Under the pieces are notes generated by a model that saw nothing but the letters and a program-made list of their open reading frames with translations, had not been told where the DNA came from and ran no database searches. A DNA stretch of 64,000 bases from the human T2T-CHM13v2.0 reference genome, Homo sapiens. Position numbers and translations under genes: made by a program. The DNA is taken from assembly GCF_009914755.1 (NCBI RefSeq), contig NC_060948.1; one strand, written 5' to 3'. Positions 1 through 17,626 of the stretch are shown one piece after another; the stretch's first letter is position 1, and each line of letters begins with the position of its first letter.

Positions 1-377
1 CTAGATAAACATGTAATTCTACATATTTTCATTTATAATATGTAGAATTATATAATCATATATAATTATTTATATTCTATAAAAAATTTTATCATTATAT
101 AAATTATAATATATAAAAATTATAATATGTACTACAAATATATATATTATATATCATATATGATATAGTACCTTTGTTATATATCATAATACATATAAAT
201 GTGTATTATGTTATCTATAATTATATAATTTCATATATAAGATATATAATATGTATCATATATTATATATGTTGTGTAATATATATAGTATATATAAGAT
301 GACACAGGATAAATATTATATACTATGACATATAAAATATATGAGGTTATATGTTACATATAAGGCATAGCACATAA

Positions 378-692
<315 letters not shown>

Positions 693-1260
693 AGATCCAT
701 ATTTTTTAAATGAAAAAAAATTTCAAAGGTACTCTGCTTGGTACAATAATCAAATGTATAAACTGAGGAATAAAACATAACCATGAAACCTACTTATAAC
801 TGCATATGGAAAATACAGAGGATAATTTTTTAAATAACATATTTTGAAAGCCTTAACTAGTAATTTGAAGAGTTGGCATTTGAAAGGCCAGTATGAATAT
901 ACCTTCAAAGCAGCAACACAGGTTCCCCATGAGAAAAAGCAAACACAGGGAAAATAAAAACACAAAGGTTCAATCTCTTCTGACCTTTGAAAGACACAGC
1001 ACAGACAGTGGTCCTTAGGACGAAGAGCAGGAGACCCCTAATTCCGTCACCATGGCGATAGGGCATAAACATTGCTGGGTGAGGGCACAATCCACATTGT
1101 GAGGTCCAACTGCTGCCAGGAAGACAGGAGTGCTTTTACATAGACCGAAAGGTCATTGAAGGCTCAGAGTTTTGTTTCAAGAACTGAATCCCAAGCCCAC
1201 ACGTTATTAGGCTGCGCTTCTTAAAACAAGATATGAGATGGGAAAAAGGGCACCCACAAA
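693..1260. repeat. HSATI-type segment of the DYZ2 unit (unit 1 shown; recurs in all 17 units at the unit period)
   Basis: Non-Alu, non-simple ~570 bp block between the Alu 5' end and the AT-rich tract. The name is assigned from the known DYZ2 architecture; boundaries are approximate. Confidence 0.75.
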
Positions 1261-3112
<1,852 letters not shown>

Positions 3113-5240
3113 AGATCCATATTTTTTAAATGAAAAAAAATTTCAAAGGTACTCTGCTTGGTACAATAATCAAATGTATAAACTGAGGAATAAAACATAA
3201 CCATGAAACCTACTTATAACTGCATATGGAAAATACAGAGGATAATTTTTTAAATAACATATTTTGAAAGCCTTAACTAGTAATTTGAAGAGTTGGCATT
3301 TGAAAGGCCAGTATGAATATACCTTCAAAGCAGCAACACAGGTTCCCCATGAGAAAAAGCAAACACAGGGAAAATAAAAACACAAAGGTTCAATCTCTTC
3401 TGACCTTTGAAAGACACAGCACAGACAGTGGTCCTTAGGACGAAGAGCAGGAGACCCCTAATTCCGTCACCATGGCGATAGGGCATAAACATTGCTGGGT
3501 GAGGGCACAATCCACATTGTGAGGTCCAACTGCTGCCAGGAAGACAGGAGTGCTTTTACACAGACCGAAAGGTCATTGAAGGCTCAGAGTTTTGTTTCAA
3601 GAACTGAATCCCAAGCCCACACGTTATTAGGCTGCGCTTCTTAAAACAAGTTAAGAGATGGGAAAAAGGGCACCCACAAACATACGTATACATTATGTAT
3701 ATAATAATATACAGTATCATATATATAATATATATAACCTATGTATAATATTGTTTTACATCCTGCATCTTATGTTATATATATTGTATAAAATATAATA
3801 ATTGATAATATATAAGTTTTATAAATATACAATATGACATATAGTATATATTATAATTTATGACATATATAATATATGTTATATGTCATATATAGAATAT
3901 ATTATACGGTTAATATACGTATTAAATATAAATTATACATTATATATATTATATATAATATATCTGTTATATATAATACCCATTATGCATAATATATATA
4001 TTATGTCTATGTTATATATAGTATAAAACAACATATAATAATATATAATTGTATATATAAAATGCGACATATAATATATATTATATTTTATAACATATGT
4101 AATATATATTATATATTATATATAATACGTTGTATGTAAAATACCTATATTAAATATATATTATATGACTATGTTATTAATTACATGTCACATGTGTTAT
4201 ATATTATATATTTTACATAGAATATACCGGTTACATACAATATATACTATGTTACCTATAATGTATAATTTATTACATGTAAAATAAAGAATGCAATATA
4301 TTATGTATAATTTATAATATACCATATGTGGAATGTGATATATATAACATATAATATATGATATATGATATACAGTATATGATATACATCATACAATATA
4401 TGATTCCTAATATATATGGTATACAATATATATTTTATGATATGTATTCTATATGTTTTATATTCTGTTATATATAACTATTTGAAATTATATATAACTG
4501 TATAATATTTTATGTAAATATGTAATATAATATATATAACTATATAATATATTATATATATCTATATATTATGTTATATATACTTTTATAACATAATTTA
4601 CATAAAATATCATAATATAATATATATTATATTATTTCCTATTACATAATATATATTACATATCACCCAGTATAACTAACATACATAATATTATAATATA
4701 GATTATATTATGTTATATTAAATATCATATAAATCATGTATCATATATTCTATAATATATATTACACATTATATAATATGTATGTTGTCTATTATGTGAT
4801 ATATATAACTATATATATAATTATATTTTTATACATATAACTAGATAAACATGTAATTCTACATATTTTCATTTATAATATGTAGAATTATATAATCATA
4901 TATAATTATTTATATTCTATAAAAAATTTTATCTTTACATAAATTATAATATTTAAAAATTATAATATGTACTACAAATATATATATTATATATCATATA
5001 TGATATAGTACCTTTGTTATATATCATAATACATATAAATGTGTATTATGTTATCTATAATTATATAATTTCATATATAAGATGTATAATATGTATCATA
5101 TATTATATATGTTATGTAATATATATAGTATATATAAGATGACACACGATAAATATTATATACTATGACATATAAAATATATGAGGTTATATGTTACATA
5201 TAAGGCATAGCACATAACATGTAATATATATCATATATAA

Positions 5241-5532
5241 TTTTTTTTTAGACAGAATCTTGTCCTGTTGCACAGGGTGGGGTACAATGGCGCCATCTTT
5301 GCTCACTGTAACTTCTGCCTCACGGGTCCAAGCGATTGTCCTCCCTCAGCCTCCCAGGTAGCTGGGACTACACCACACTGGGACTACACCAGCTGCCACC
5401 ATGCCTAGCTAATTTTTTGGATTTTTAGTAGTGACAGCGTTTCACTGTATTGGCCAGGATGGTCTTGATCTCTTCACCTTGTGATCCCCTTGCCTTGGCC
5501 TCCAAATTTGCTGGGATTACAGGCCTGAGCCA
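5241..5532 (-). mobile_element. Degenerate Alu, copy 3
   Basis: Same as copy 1; carries the cactgta variant. Confidence 0.95.
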
Positions 5533-7660
5533 AGATCCATATTTTTTAAATGAAAAAAAATTTCAAAGGTACTCTGCTTGGTACAATAATCAAATGTATA
5601 AACTGAGGAATAAAACATAACCATGAAACCTACTTATAACTGCATATGGAAAATACAGAGGATAATTTTTTAAATAACATATTTTGAAAGCCTTAACTAG
5701 TAATTTGAAGAGTTGGCATTTGAAAGGCCAGTATGAATATACCTTCAAAGCAGCAACACAGGTTCCCCATGAGAAAAAGCAAACACAGGGAAAATAAAAA
5801 CACAAAGGTTCAATCTCTTCTGACCTTTGAAAGACACAGCACAGACAGTGGTCCTTAGGACGAAGAGCAGGAGACCCCTAACTCCGACACCATGGCGATA
5901 GGGCATAAACATTGCTGGGTGAGGGCACAATCCACATTGTGAGGTCCAACTGCTGCCAGGAAGACAGGAGTGCTTTTACACAGACCGAAAGGTCATTGAA
6001 GGCTCAGAGTTTTGTTTCAAGAACTGAATCCCAAGCCCACACGTTATTAGGCTGCGCTTCTTAAAACAAGTTATGAGATGGGAAAAAGGGCACCCACAAA
6101 CATACGTATACATTATGTATATAATAATATACAGTATCATATATATAATATATATAACCTATGTATAATATTGTTTTACATCCTGCATCTTATGTTATAT
6201 ATATTGTATAAAATATAATAATTGATAATATATAAGTTTTATAAATATACAATATGACATATAGTATATATTATAATTTATGACATATATAATATATGTT
6301 ATATGTCATATATAGAATATATTATACGGTTAATATACGTATTAAATATAAATTATACATTATATATATTATATATAATATATCTGTTATATATAATACC
6401 CATTATGCATAATATATATATTATGTCTATGTTATATATAGTATAAAACAACATATAATAATATATAATTGTATATATAAAATGCGACATATAATATATA
6501 TTATATTTTATAACATATGTAATATATATTATATATTATATATAATACGTTGTATGTAAAATACCTATATTAAATATATATTATATGACTATGTTATTAA
6601 TTACATGTCACATGTGTTATATATTATATATTTTACATAGAATATACCGGTTACATACAATATATACTATGTTACCTATAATGTATAATTTATTACATGT
6701 AAAATAAAGAATGCAATATATTATGTATAATTTATAATATACCATATGTGGAATGTGATATATATAACATATAATATATGATATATGATATACAGTATAT
6801 GATATATATCATACAATATATGATTCCTAATATATATGGTATACAATATATATTTTATGATATGTATTCTATATGTTTTATATTCTGTTATATATAACTA
6901 TTTGAAATTATATATAACTGTATAATATTTTATGTAAATATGTAATATAATATATATAACTATATAATATATTATATATATCTATATATTATGTTATATA
7001 TACTTTTATAACATAATTTACATAAAATATCATAATATAATATATATTATATTATTTCATATTACATAATATATATTACATATCACCCAGTATAACTAAC
7101 ATACATAATATTATAATATAGATTATATTATGTTATATTAAATATCATATAAATCATGTATCATATATTCTATAATATATATTACACATTATATAATATG
7201 TATGTTGTCTATTATGTGATATATATAACTATATATATAATTATATTTTTATACATATAACTAGATAAACATGTAATTCTACATATTTTCATTTATAATA
7301 TGTAGAATTATATAATCATATATAATTATTTATATTCTATAAAAAATTTTATCTTTACATAAATTATAATATTTAAAAATTATAATATGTACTACAAATA
7401 TATATATTATATATCATATATGATATAGTACCTTTGTTATATATCATAATACATATAAATGTGTATTATGTTATCTATAATTATATAATTTCATATATAA
7501 GATGTATAATATGTATCATATATTATATATGTTATGTAATATATATAGTATATATAAGATGACACACGATAAATATTATATACTATGACATATAAAATAT
7601 ATGAGGTTATATGTTACATATAAGGCATAGCACATAACATGTAATATATATCATATATAA

Positions 7661-7952
7661 TTTTTTTTTAGACAGAATCTTGTCCTGTTGCACAGGGTGG
7701 GGTACAATGGCGCCATCTTTGCTCACTGTAACTTCTGCCTCACGGGTCCAAGCGATTGTCCTCCCTCAGCCTCCCAGGTAGCTGGGACTACACCACACTG
7801 GGACTACACCAGCTGCCACCATGCCTAGCTAATTTTTTGGATTTTTAGTAGTGACAGCGTTTCACTGTATTGGCCAGGATGGTCTTGATCTCTTCACCTT
7901 GTGATCCCCTTGCCTTGGCCTCCAAATTTGCTGGGATTACAGGCCTGAGCCA
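7661..7952 (-). mobile_element. Degenerate Alu, copy 4
   Basis: Same as copy 3, including the cactgta variant. Confidence 0.95.
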
Positions 7953-10057
7953 AGATCCATATTTTTTAAATGAAAAAAAATTTCAAAGGTACTCTGCTTG
8001 GTACAATAATCAAATGTATAAACTGAGGAATAAAACATAACCATGAAACCTACTTATAACTGCATATGGAAAATACAGAGGATAATTTTTTAAATAACAT
8101 ATTTTGAAAGCCTTAACTAGTAATTTGAAGAGTTGGCATTTGAAAGGCCAGTATGAATATACCTTCAAAGCAGCAACACAGGTTCCCCATGAGAAAAAGC
8201 AAACACAGGGAAAATAAAAACACAAAGGTTCAATCTCTTCTGACCTTTGAAAGACACAGCACAGACAGTGGTCCTTAGGACGAAGAGCAGGAGACCCCTA
8301 ACTCCGACACCATGGCGATAGGGCATAAACATTGCTGGGTGAGGGCACAATCCACATTGTGAGGTCCAACTGCTGCCAGGAAGACAGGAGTGCTTTTACA
8401 CAGACCGAAAGGTCATTGAAGGCTCAGAGTTTTGTTTCAAGAACTGAATCCCAAGCCCACACGTTATTAGGCTGCGCTTCTTAAAACAAGTTATGAGATG
8501 GGAAAAAGGGCACCCACAAACATACGTATACATTATGTATATAATAATATACAGTATCATATATATAATATATATAACCTATGTATAATATTGTTTTACA
8601 TCCTGCATCTTATGTTATATATATTGTATAAAATATAATAATTGATAATATATAAGTTTTATAAATATACAATATGACATATAGTATATATTATAATTTA
8701 TGACATATATAATATATGTTATATGTCATATATAGAATATATTATACGGTTAATATACGTATTAAATATAAATTATACATTATATATATTATATATAATA
8801 TATCTGTTATATATAATACCCATTATGCATAATATATATATTATGTCTATGTTATATATAGTATAAAACAACATATAATAATATATAATTGTATATATAA
8901 AATGCGACATATAATATATATTATATTTTATAACATATGTAATATATATTATATATTATATATAATACGTTGTATGTAAAATACCTATATTAAATATATA
9001 TTATATGACTATGTTATTAATTACATGTCACATGTGTTATATATTATATATTTTACATAGAATATACCGGTTACATACAATATATACTATGTTACCTATA
9101 ATGTATAATTTATTACATGTAAAATAAAGAATGCAATATATTATGTATAATTTATAATATACCATATGTGGAATGTGATATATATAACATATAATATATG
9201 ATATATGATATACAGTATATGATATATATCATACAATATATGATTCCTAATATATATGGTATACAATATATATTTTATGATATGTATTCTATATGTTTTA
9301 TATTCTGTTATATATAACTATTTGAAATTATATATAACTGTATAATATTTTATGTAAATATGTAATATAATATATATAACTATATAATATATTATATATA
9401 ACTATATATTATGTTATATATACTTTTATAACAAAATTTACATAAAATATCATAATATAATATATATTATATTATTTCATATTACATAATATATATTACA
9501 TATCACCCAATATAACTAACATACATAATATTATAATATAGATTATATTATGTTATATTAAATATCATATATATCATGTATCATATATTCTATAATATAT
9601 ATTACACATTATATAATATGTATGTTGTCTATTATGTGATATATATAACTATGTATATAATTATATTTTTATACATATAACTAGATAAACATGTAATTCT
9701 ACATATTTTCATTTATAATATGTAGAATTATATAATCATATATAATTATTTATATTCTATAAAAAATTTTATCATTATATAAATTATAATATATAAAAAT
9801 TATAATATGTATTACAAATATATATATTATATATCATATATGATATAGTACCTTTGTTATATATCATAATACATATAAATGTGTATTATGTTATCTATAA
9901 TTATATAATTTCATATATAAGATGTATAATATGTATCATATATTATATATGTTATGTAATATATATAGTATATATAAGATGACACAGGATAAATATTATA
10001 TACTATGACATATAAAATATATGAGGTTATATGTTACATATAAGGCATAGCACATAA

Positions 10058-10372
<315 letters not shown>

Positions 10373-12475
10373 AGATCCATATTTTTTAAATGAAAAAAAA
10401 TTTCAAAGGTACTCTGCTTGGTACAATAATCAAATGTATAAACTGAGGAATAAAACATAACCATGAAACCTACTTATAACTGCATATGGAAAATACAGAG
10501 GATAATTTTTTAAATAACATATTTTGAAAGCCTTAACTAGTAATTTGAAGAGTTGGCATTTGAAAGGCCAGTATGAATATACCTTCAAAGCAGCAACACA
10601 GGTTCCCCATGAGAAAAAGCAAACTCAGGGAAAATAAAAACACAAAGGTTCAATCTCTTCTGACCTTTGAAAGACACAGCACAGACAGTGGTCCTTAGGA
10701 CGAAGAGCAGGAGACCCCTAATTCCGTCACCATGGCGATAGGGCATAAACATTGCTGGGTGAGGGCACAATCCACATTGTGAGGTCCAACTGCTGCCAGG
10801 AAGACAGGAGTGCTTTTACATAGACCGAAAGGTCATTGAAGGCTCAGAGTTTTGTTTCAAGAACTGAATCCCAAGCCCACACGTTATTAGGCTGCGCTTC
10901 TTAAAACAAGTTATGAGATGGGAAAAAGGGCACCCACAAACATACGTATACATTATGTATAATAATATACAGTATCATATATATAATATATATAAACTAT
11001 GTATAATATTGTTTTACATCCTGCATCTTATGTTATATATATTGTATAAAATATAATAATTGATAATATATAAGTTTTATATTTATACAATATGACATAT
11101 AGTATATATTATAATTTATGACATTTATAATATATGTTATATATCATATATAGAATATATTATACGGTTAATATACGTATTAAATATAAATTATACATTA
11201 TATATATTATATATAATATATCTGTTATATATAATACCCATTATGCATAATATATATATTATGTCTATGTTATATATAGTATAAAACAACATATAATAAT
11301 ATATAATTGTATATATAAAATGCGACATAGAATATATATTATATTTTATAACATATGTAATATATATTATATATTATATATAATACGTTGTATATATAAT
11401 ACCTATATTAAATATATATTATATGACTATGTTATTAATTACATGTCACATGTGTTATATATTATATATTTTACATAGAATATACCGGTTACATACAATA
11501 TATACTATGTTACCTATAATGTATAATTTATTACATGTAAAATAAAGAATGCAATATATTATGTATAATTTATAATATACAATATGTGGAATGTGATATA
11601 TATAACATATATTATATGATATATGATATACAGTATATGATATATAACATACAATATATGATTCCTAATATATATGGTATACAATATATATTTTATGATA
11701 TGTATTCTATATGTTTTATATTCTGTTATATATAACTATTTGAAATTATATATAACTGTATAATATTTTATGTAAATATGTAATATAATATATATAAATA
11801 TATAATATATTATATATAACTATATATTATGTTATATATACTTTTATAACATAATTTACATAAAATATCATAATATAATATATATTATATTATTTCATAT
11901 TACATAATATATATTTCATATCACCCAATATAACTAACATACATAATATTATAATATAGATTATATTGTGTTATATTAAATATCATATATATCATGTATC
12001 ATATATTCTATAATATATATTACACATTATATAATATGTATGTTGTCTATTATGTGATATATATAACTATATATATAATTATATTTTTATACATATAACT
12101 AGATAAGCATGTAATTCTACATATTTTCATTTATAATATGTAGAATTATATAATCATATATAATTATTTATATTCTATAAAAAATTTTATCATTATATAA
12201 ATTATAATATATAAAAATTATAATATGTACTACAAATATATATATTATATATCATATATGATATAGTACCTTTGTTATATATCATAATACATATAAATGT
12301 GTATTATGTTATCTATAATTATATAATTTCATATATAAGATGTATAATATGTATCGTATATTATATATGTTATGTAATATATATAGTATATATAAGATGA
12401 CACAGGATAAATATTATATACTATGACATATAAAATATAGGAGGTTATATGTTATATATAAGGCATAGCACATAA

Positions 12476-12790
<315 letters not shown>

Positions 12791-14916
12791 AGATCCATAT
12801 TTTTTAAATGAAAAAAAATTTCAAAGGTACTCTGCTTGGTACAATAATCAAATGTATAAACTGAGGAATAAAACATAACCATGAAACCTACTTATAACTG
12901 CATATGGAAAATACAGAGGATAATTTTTTAAATAACATATTTTGAAAGCCTTAACTAGTAATTTGAAGAGTTGGCATTTGAAAGGCCAGTATGAATATAC
13001 CTTCAAAGCAGCAACACAGGTTCCCCATGAGAAAAAGCAAACACAGGGAAAATAAAAACACAAAGGTTCAATCTCTTCTGACCTTTGAAAGACACAGCAC
13101 AGACAGTGGTCCTTAGGACGAAGAGCAGGAGACCCCTAATTCCGTCACCATGGCGATAGGGCATAAACATTGCTGGGTGAGGGCACAATCCACATTGTGA
13201 GGTCCAACTGCTGCCAGGAAGACAGGAGTGCTTTTACATAGACCGAAAGGTCATTGAAGGCTCAGAGTTTTGTTTCAAGAACTGAATCCCAAGCCCACAC
13301 GTTATTAGGCTGCGCTTCTTAAAACAAGTTATGAGATGGGAAAAAGGGCACCCACAAACATACGTATACATTATGTATATAATAATATACAGTATCATAT
13401 ATATAATATATATAACCTATGTATAATATTGTTTTACATCCTGCATCTTATGTTATATATATTGTATAAAATATAATAATTGATAATATATAAGTTTTAT
13501 AATTATACAATATGACATATAGTATATATTATAATTTATGACATATATAATATATGTTATATGTCATACATAGAATATATTATACGGTTAATATACGTAT
13601 TAAATATAAATTATACATTATATATATTATATATAATATATCTGTTATATATAATACCAATTATGCATAATATATACATTATGTCTATGTTATATATAGT
13701 ATAAAACAACATATAATAATATATAATTGTATATATAAAATGCGACATATAATATATATTATATTTTATAACATACGTAATATATATTATATATTATATA
13801 TAATACGTTGTATGTATAATACCTATATTAAATATATATTATATGACTATGTTATTAATTACATGTCACATGTGTTATATATTATATATTTTACATAGAA
13901 TATACCGGTTACATACAATATATACTATGTTACCTATAATGTATAATTTATTACATGTAAAATAAAGAATGCAATATATTATGTATAATTTATAATATAC
14001 AATATGTGGAATGTGATATATATAACATATAATATATGATATATGATATACAGTATATGATATATAACATACAATATATGATTCCTAATATATATGGTAT
14101 ACAATAAATATTTTATGATATGTATTCTATATGTTTTATATTCTGTTATATATAACTATTTGAAATTATATATAACTGTATAATATTTTATGTAAATATG
14201 TAATATAATATATATAACTATATAATATATTATATATAACTATATATTATGTTATATATACTTTTATAACATAATTTACATAAAATATCATAATATAATG
14301 TATACCATATTATTTCATATTACATATTATATATTACATATCACCCAATATAACTAACATACATAATATTATAATATAGATTATATTATGTTATATTAAA
14401 TATCATATATATCATGTATCATATATTCTATAATATATATTACACATTATATAATATGTATGTTGTCTATTATGTGATATATATAACTATATATATAATT
14501 ATATTTTTATACATATAACTAGATAAACATGTAATTCTACATATTTTCATTTATAATATGTAGAATTATATAATCATATATAATTATTTATATTCTATAA
14601 AAAATTTTATCATTATATAAATTATAATATATAAAAATTATAATATGTACTACAAATATATATATTATATATCATATATGCTATAGTACCTTTGTTATAT
14701 ATCATAATACATATAAATGTGTATTATGTTATCTATAATTATATAATTTCATATATAAGTTGTATAATATGCATCATATATTATATATGTTATGTAATAT
14801 ATATAGTATATATAAGATGACAGGATAAATATTATATACTATGACATATAAAATATATCAGGTTATATGTTACATATAAGGCATAGCACATAACATGTAA
14901 TATATATCATATATAA

Positions 14917-15208
14917 TTTTTTTTTAGACAGAATCTTGTCCTGTTGCACAGGGTCGGGTACAATGGCGCCATGTTTGCTCACTGCAACTTCTGCCTCACG
15001 GGTCCAAGCGATTGTCCTCCCTCAGCCTCCCAGGTAGCTGGGACTACACCACACTGGGACTACACCAGCTGCCACCATGCCTAGCTAATTATTTGGATTT
15101 TTAGTAGTGACAGCGTTTCACTGTATTGGCCAGGATGGTCTTGATCTCTTCACCTTGTGATCCCCTTGCCTTGGCCTCCAAATTTGCTGGGATTACAGGC
15201 CTGAGCCA
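14917..15208 (-). mobile_element. Degenerate Alu, copy 7
   Basis: Same as copy 1; gggtcggg, ccatgttt and aattattt variants. Confidence 0.95.
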
Positions 15209-17334
15209 AGATCCATATTTTTTAAATGAAAAAAAATTTCAAAGGTACTCTGCTTGGTACAATAATCAAATGTATAAACTGAGGAATAAAACATAACCAT
15301 GAAACCTACTTATCACTGCATATGGAAAATACAGAGGATAATTTTTTAAATAACATATTTTGAAAGCCTTAACTAGTAATTTGAAGAGCTGGCATTTGAA
15401 AGGCCAGTATGAATATACCTTCAAAGCAGCAACACAGGTTCCCCATGAGAAAAAGCAAACACAGGGAAAATAAAAACACAAAGGTTCAATCTCTTCTGAC
15501 CTTTGAAAGACACAGCACAGACAGTGGTCCTTAGGACGAAGAGCAGGAGACCCCTAATTCCGTCACCATGGCGATAGGGCATAAACATTGCTGGGTGAGG
15601 GCACAATCCACATTGTGAGGTCCAACTGCTGCCAGGAAGACAGGAGTGCTTTTACATAGACCGAAAGGTCATTGAAGGCTCAGAGTTTTGTTTCAAGAAC
15701 TGAATCCCAAGCCCACACGTTATTAGGCTGCGCTTCTTAAAACAAGTTATGAGATGGGAAAAAGGGCACCCACAAACATACGTATACATTATGTATATAA
15801 TAATATACAGTATCATATATATAATATATATAACCTATGTATAATATTGTTTTACATCCTGCATCTTATGTTATATATATTGTATAAAATATAATAATTG
15901 ATAATATATAAGTTTTATAATTATACAATATGACATATAGTATATATTATAATTTATGACATATATAATATATGTTATATATCATATATAGAATATATTA
16001 TACGGTTAATATACGTATTAAATATAAATTATACATTATATATATTATATATAATATATCTGTTATATATAATACCCATTATGCATAATATATATATTAT
16101 GTCTATGTTATATATAGTATAAAACAACATATAATAATATATAATTGTATATATAAAATGCGACATAAAATATATATTATAGTTTATAACGTATGTAATA
16201 TATATTATATATTATATATAATACGTTGTATGTATAATACCTATATTAAATATATATTATATGACTATGTTATTAATTACATGTCACATGTGTTATATAT
16301 TATATATTTTACATAGAATATACCGGTTACATACAATATATACTATGTTACCTATAATGTATAATTTATTACATGTAAAATAAAGAATGCAATATATTAT
16401 GTATAATTTATAATATACAATATGTGGAATGTGATATATATAACATATAATATATGATATATGATATACAGTATATGATATATAACATACAATATATGAT
16501 TCCTAATATATATGGTATACAATATATATTTTATGATATGTATTCTATATGTTTTCTATTCTGTTATATATAACTATTTGAAATTATATATAACTGTATA
16601 ATATTTTATGTAAATATGTAATATAATATATATAACTATATAATATATTATATAAAACTATATATTATGTTATATATACTTTTATAACATAATTTACATA
16701 AAATAGCATAATATAATATATATTATATTATTTCATATTACATAATATATATTACATATCAACCAATATAACTAACATACATAATATTATAATATAGATT
16801 ATATTGTTATATTAAATATCATATATATCATGTATCATATATTCTATAATATATATTACACATTATATAATACGTATGTTGTCTATTATGTGATATATAT
16901 AACTATATATATAATTATATTTTTATACATATAACTAGATAAACATGTAATTCTACATATTTTCATTTATAATATGTAGAATTATATAATCGTATATAAT
17001 TATTTATATTCTATAAAAAATTTTATCATTATATAAATTATAATATATAAAAATTATAATATGTACTACAAATATATATATTATATATCATATATGATAT
17101 AGTACCTTTGTTATATATCATAATACATATAAATGTGTATTATGTTATCTATAATTATATAATTTCATATATAAGATGTATAATATGTATCATATATTAT
17201 ATATGTTATGTAGTATATATAGTATATATAAGATGACACAGGATAAATATTATATACTATGACATATAAAATATATGAGGTTATATGTTACATATAAGGC
17301 ATAGCACATAACATGTAATATATATCATATATAA

Positions 17335-17626
17335 TTTTTTTTTAGACAGAATCTTGTCCTGTTGCACACGGTGGGGTACAATGGCGCCATCTTTGCTCAC
17401 TGCAACTTCTGCCTCACGGGTCCAAGCGATTGTCCTCCCTCAGCCTCCCAGGTAGCTGGGACTACACCACACTGGGACTACACCAGCTGCCACCATGCCT
17501 AGCTAATTTTTTGGATTTTTAGTAGTGACAGCGTTTCACTGTATTGGCCAGGATGGTCTTGATCTCTTCACCTTGTGATCCCCTTGCCTTGGCCTCCAAA
17601 TTTGCTGGGATTACAGGCCTGAGCCA
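17335..17626 (-). mobile_element. Degenerate Alu, copy 8
   Basis: Same as copy 1; gcacacgg variant. Confidence 0.95.

Noticed and set aside
721-992. MITE or DNA transposon defined by the 10-bp inverted repeat
   Set aside because: The repeat is short, no target-site duplication is evident and I recognise no terminal family motif. It is kept only as a motif observation.
750-1090. Repeated 71 aa and 61 aa minus-strand ORFs in each DYZ2 unit
   Set aside because: They are short, overlapping and mostly start at non-ATG codons, with no recognisable domain. Their recurrence only reflects unit identity. The 71 aa frame is lost in units 5, 15, 16 and 17, and many variants are nonsynonymous.
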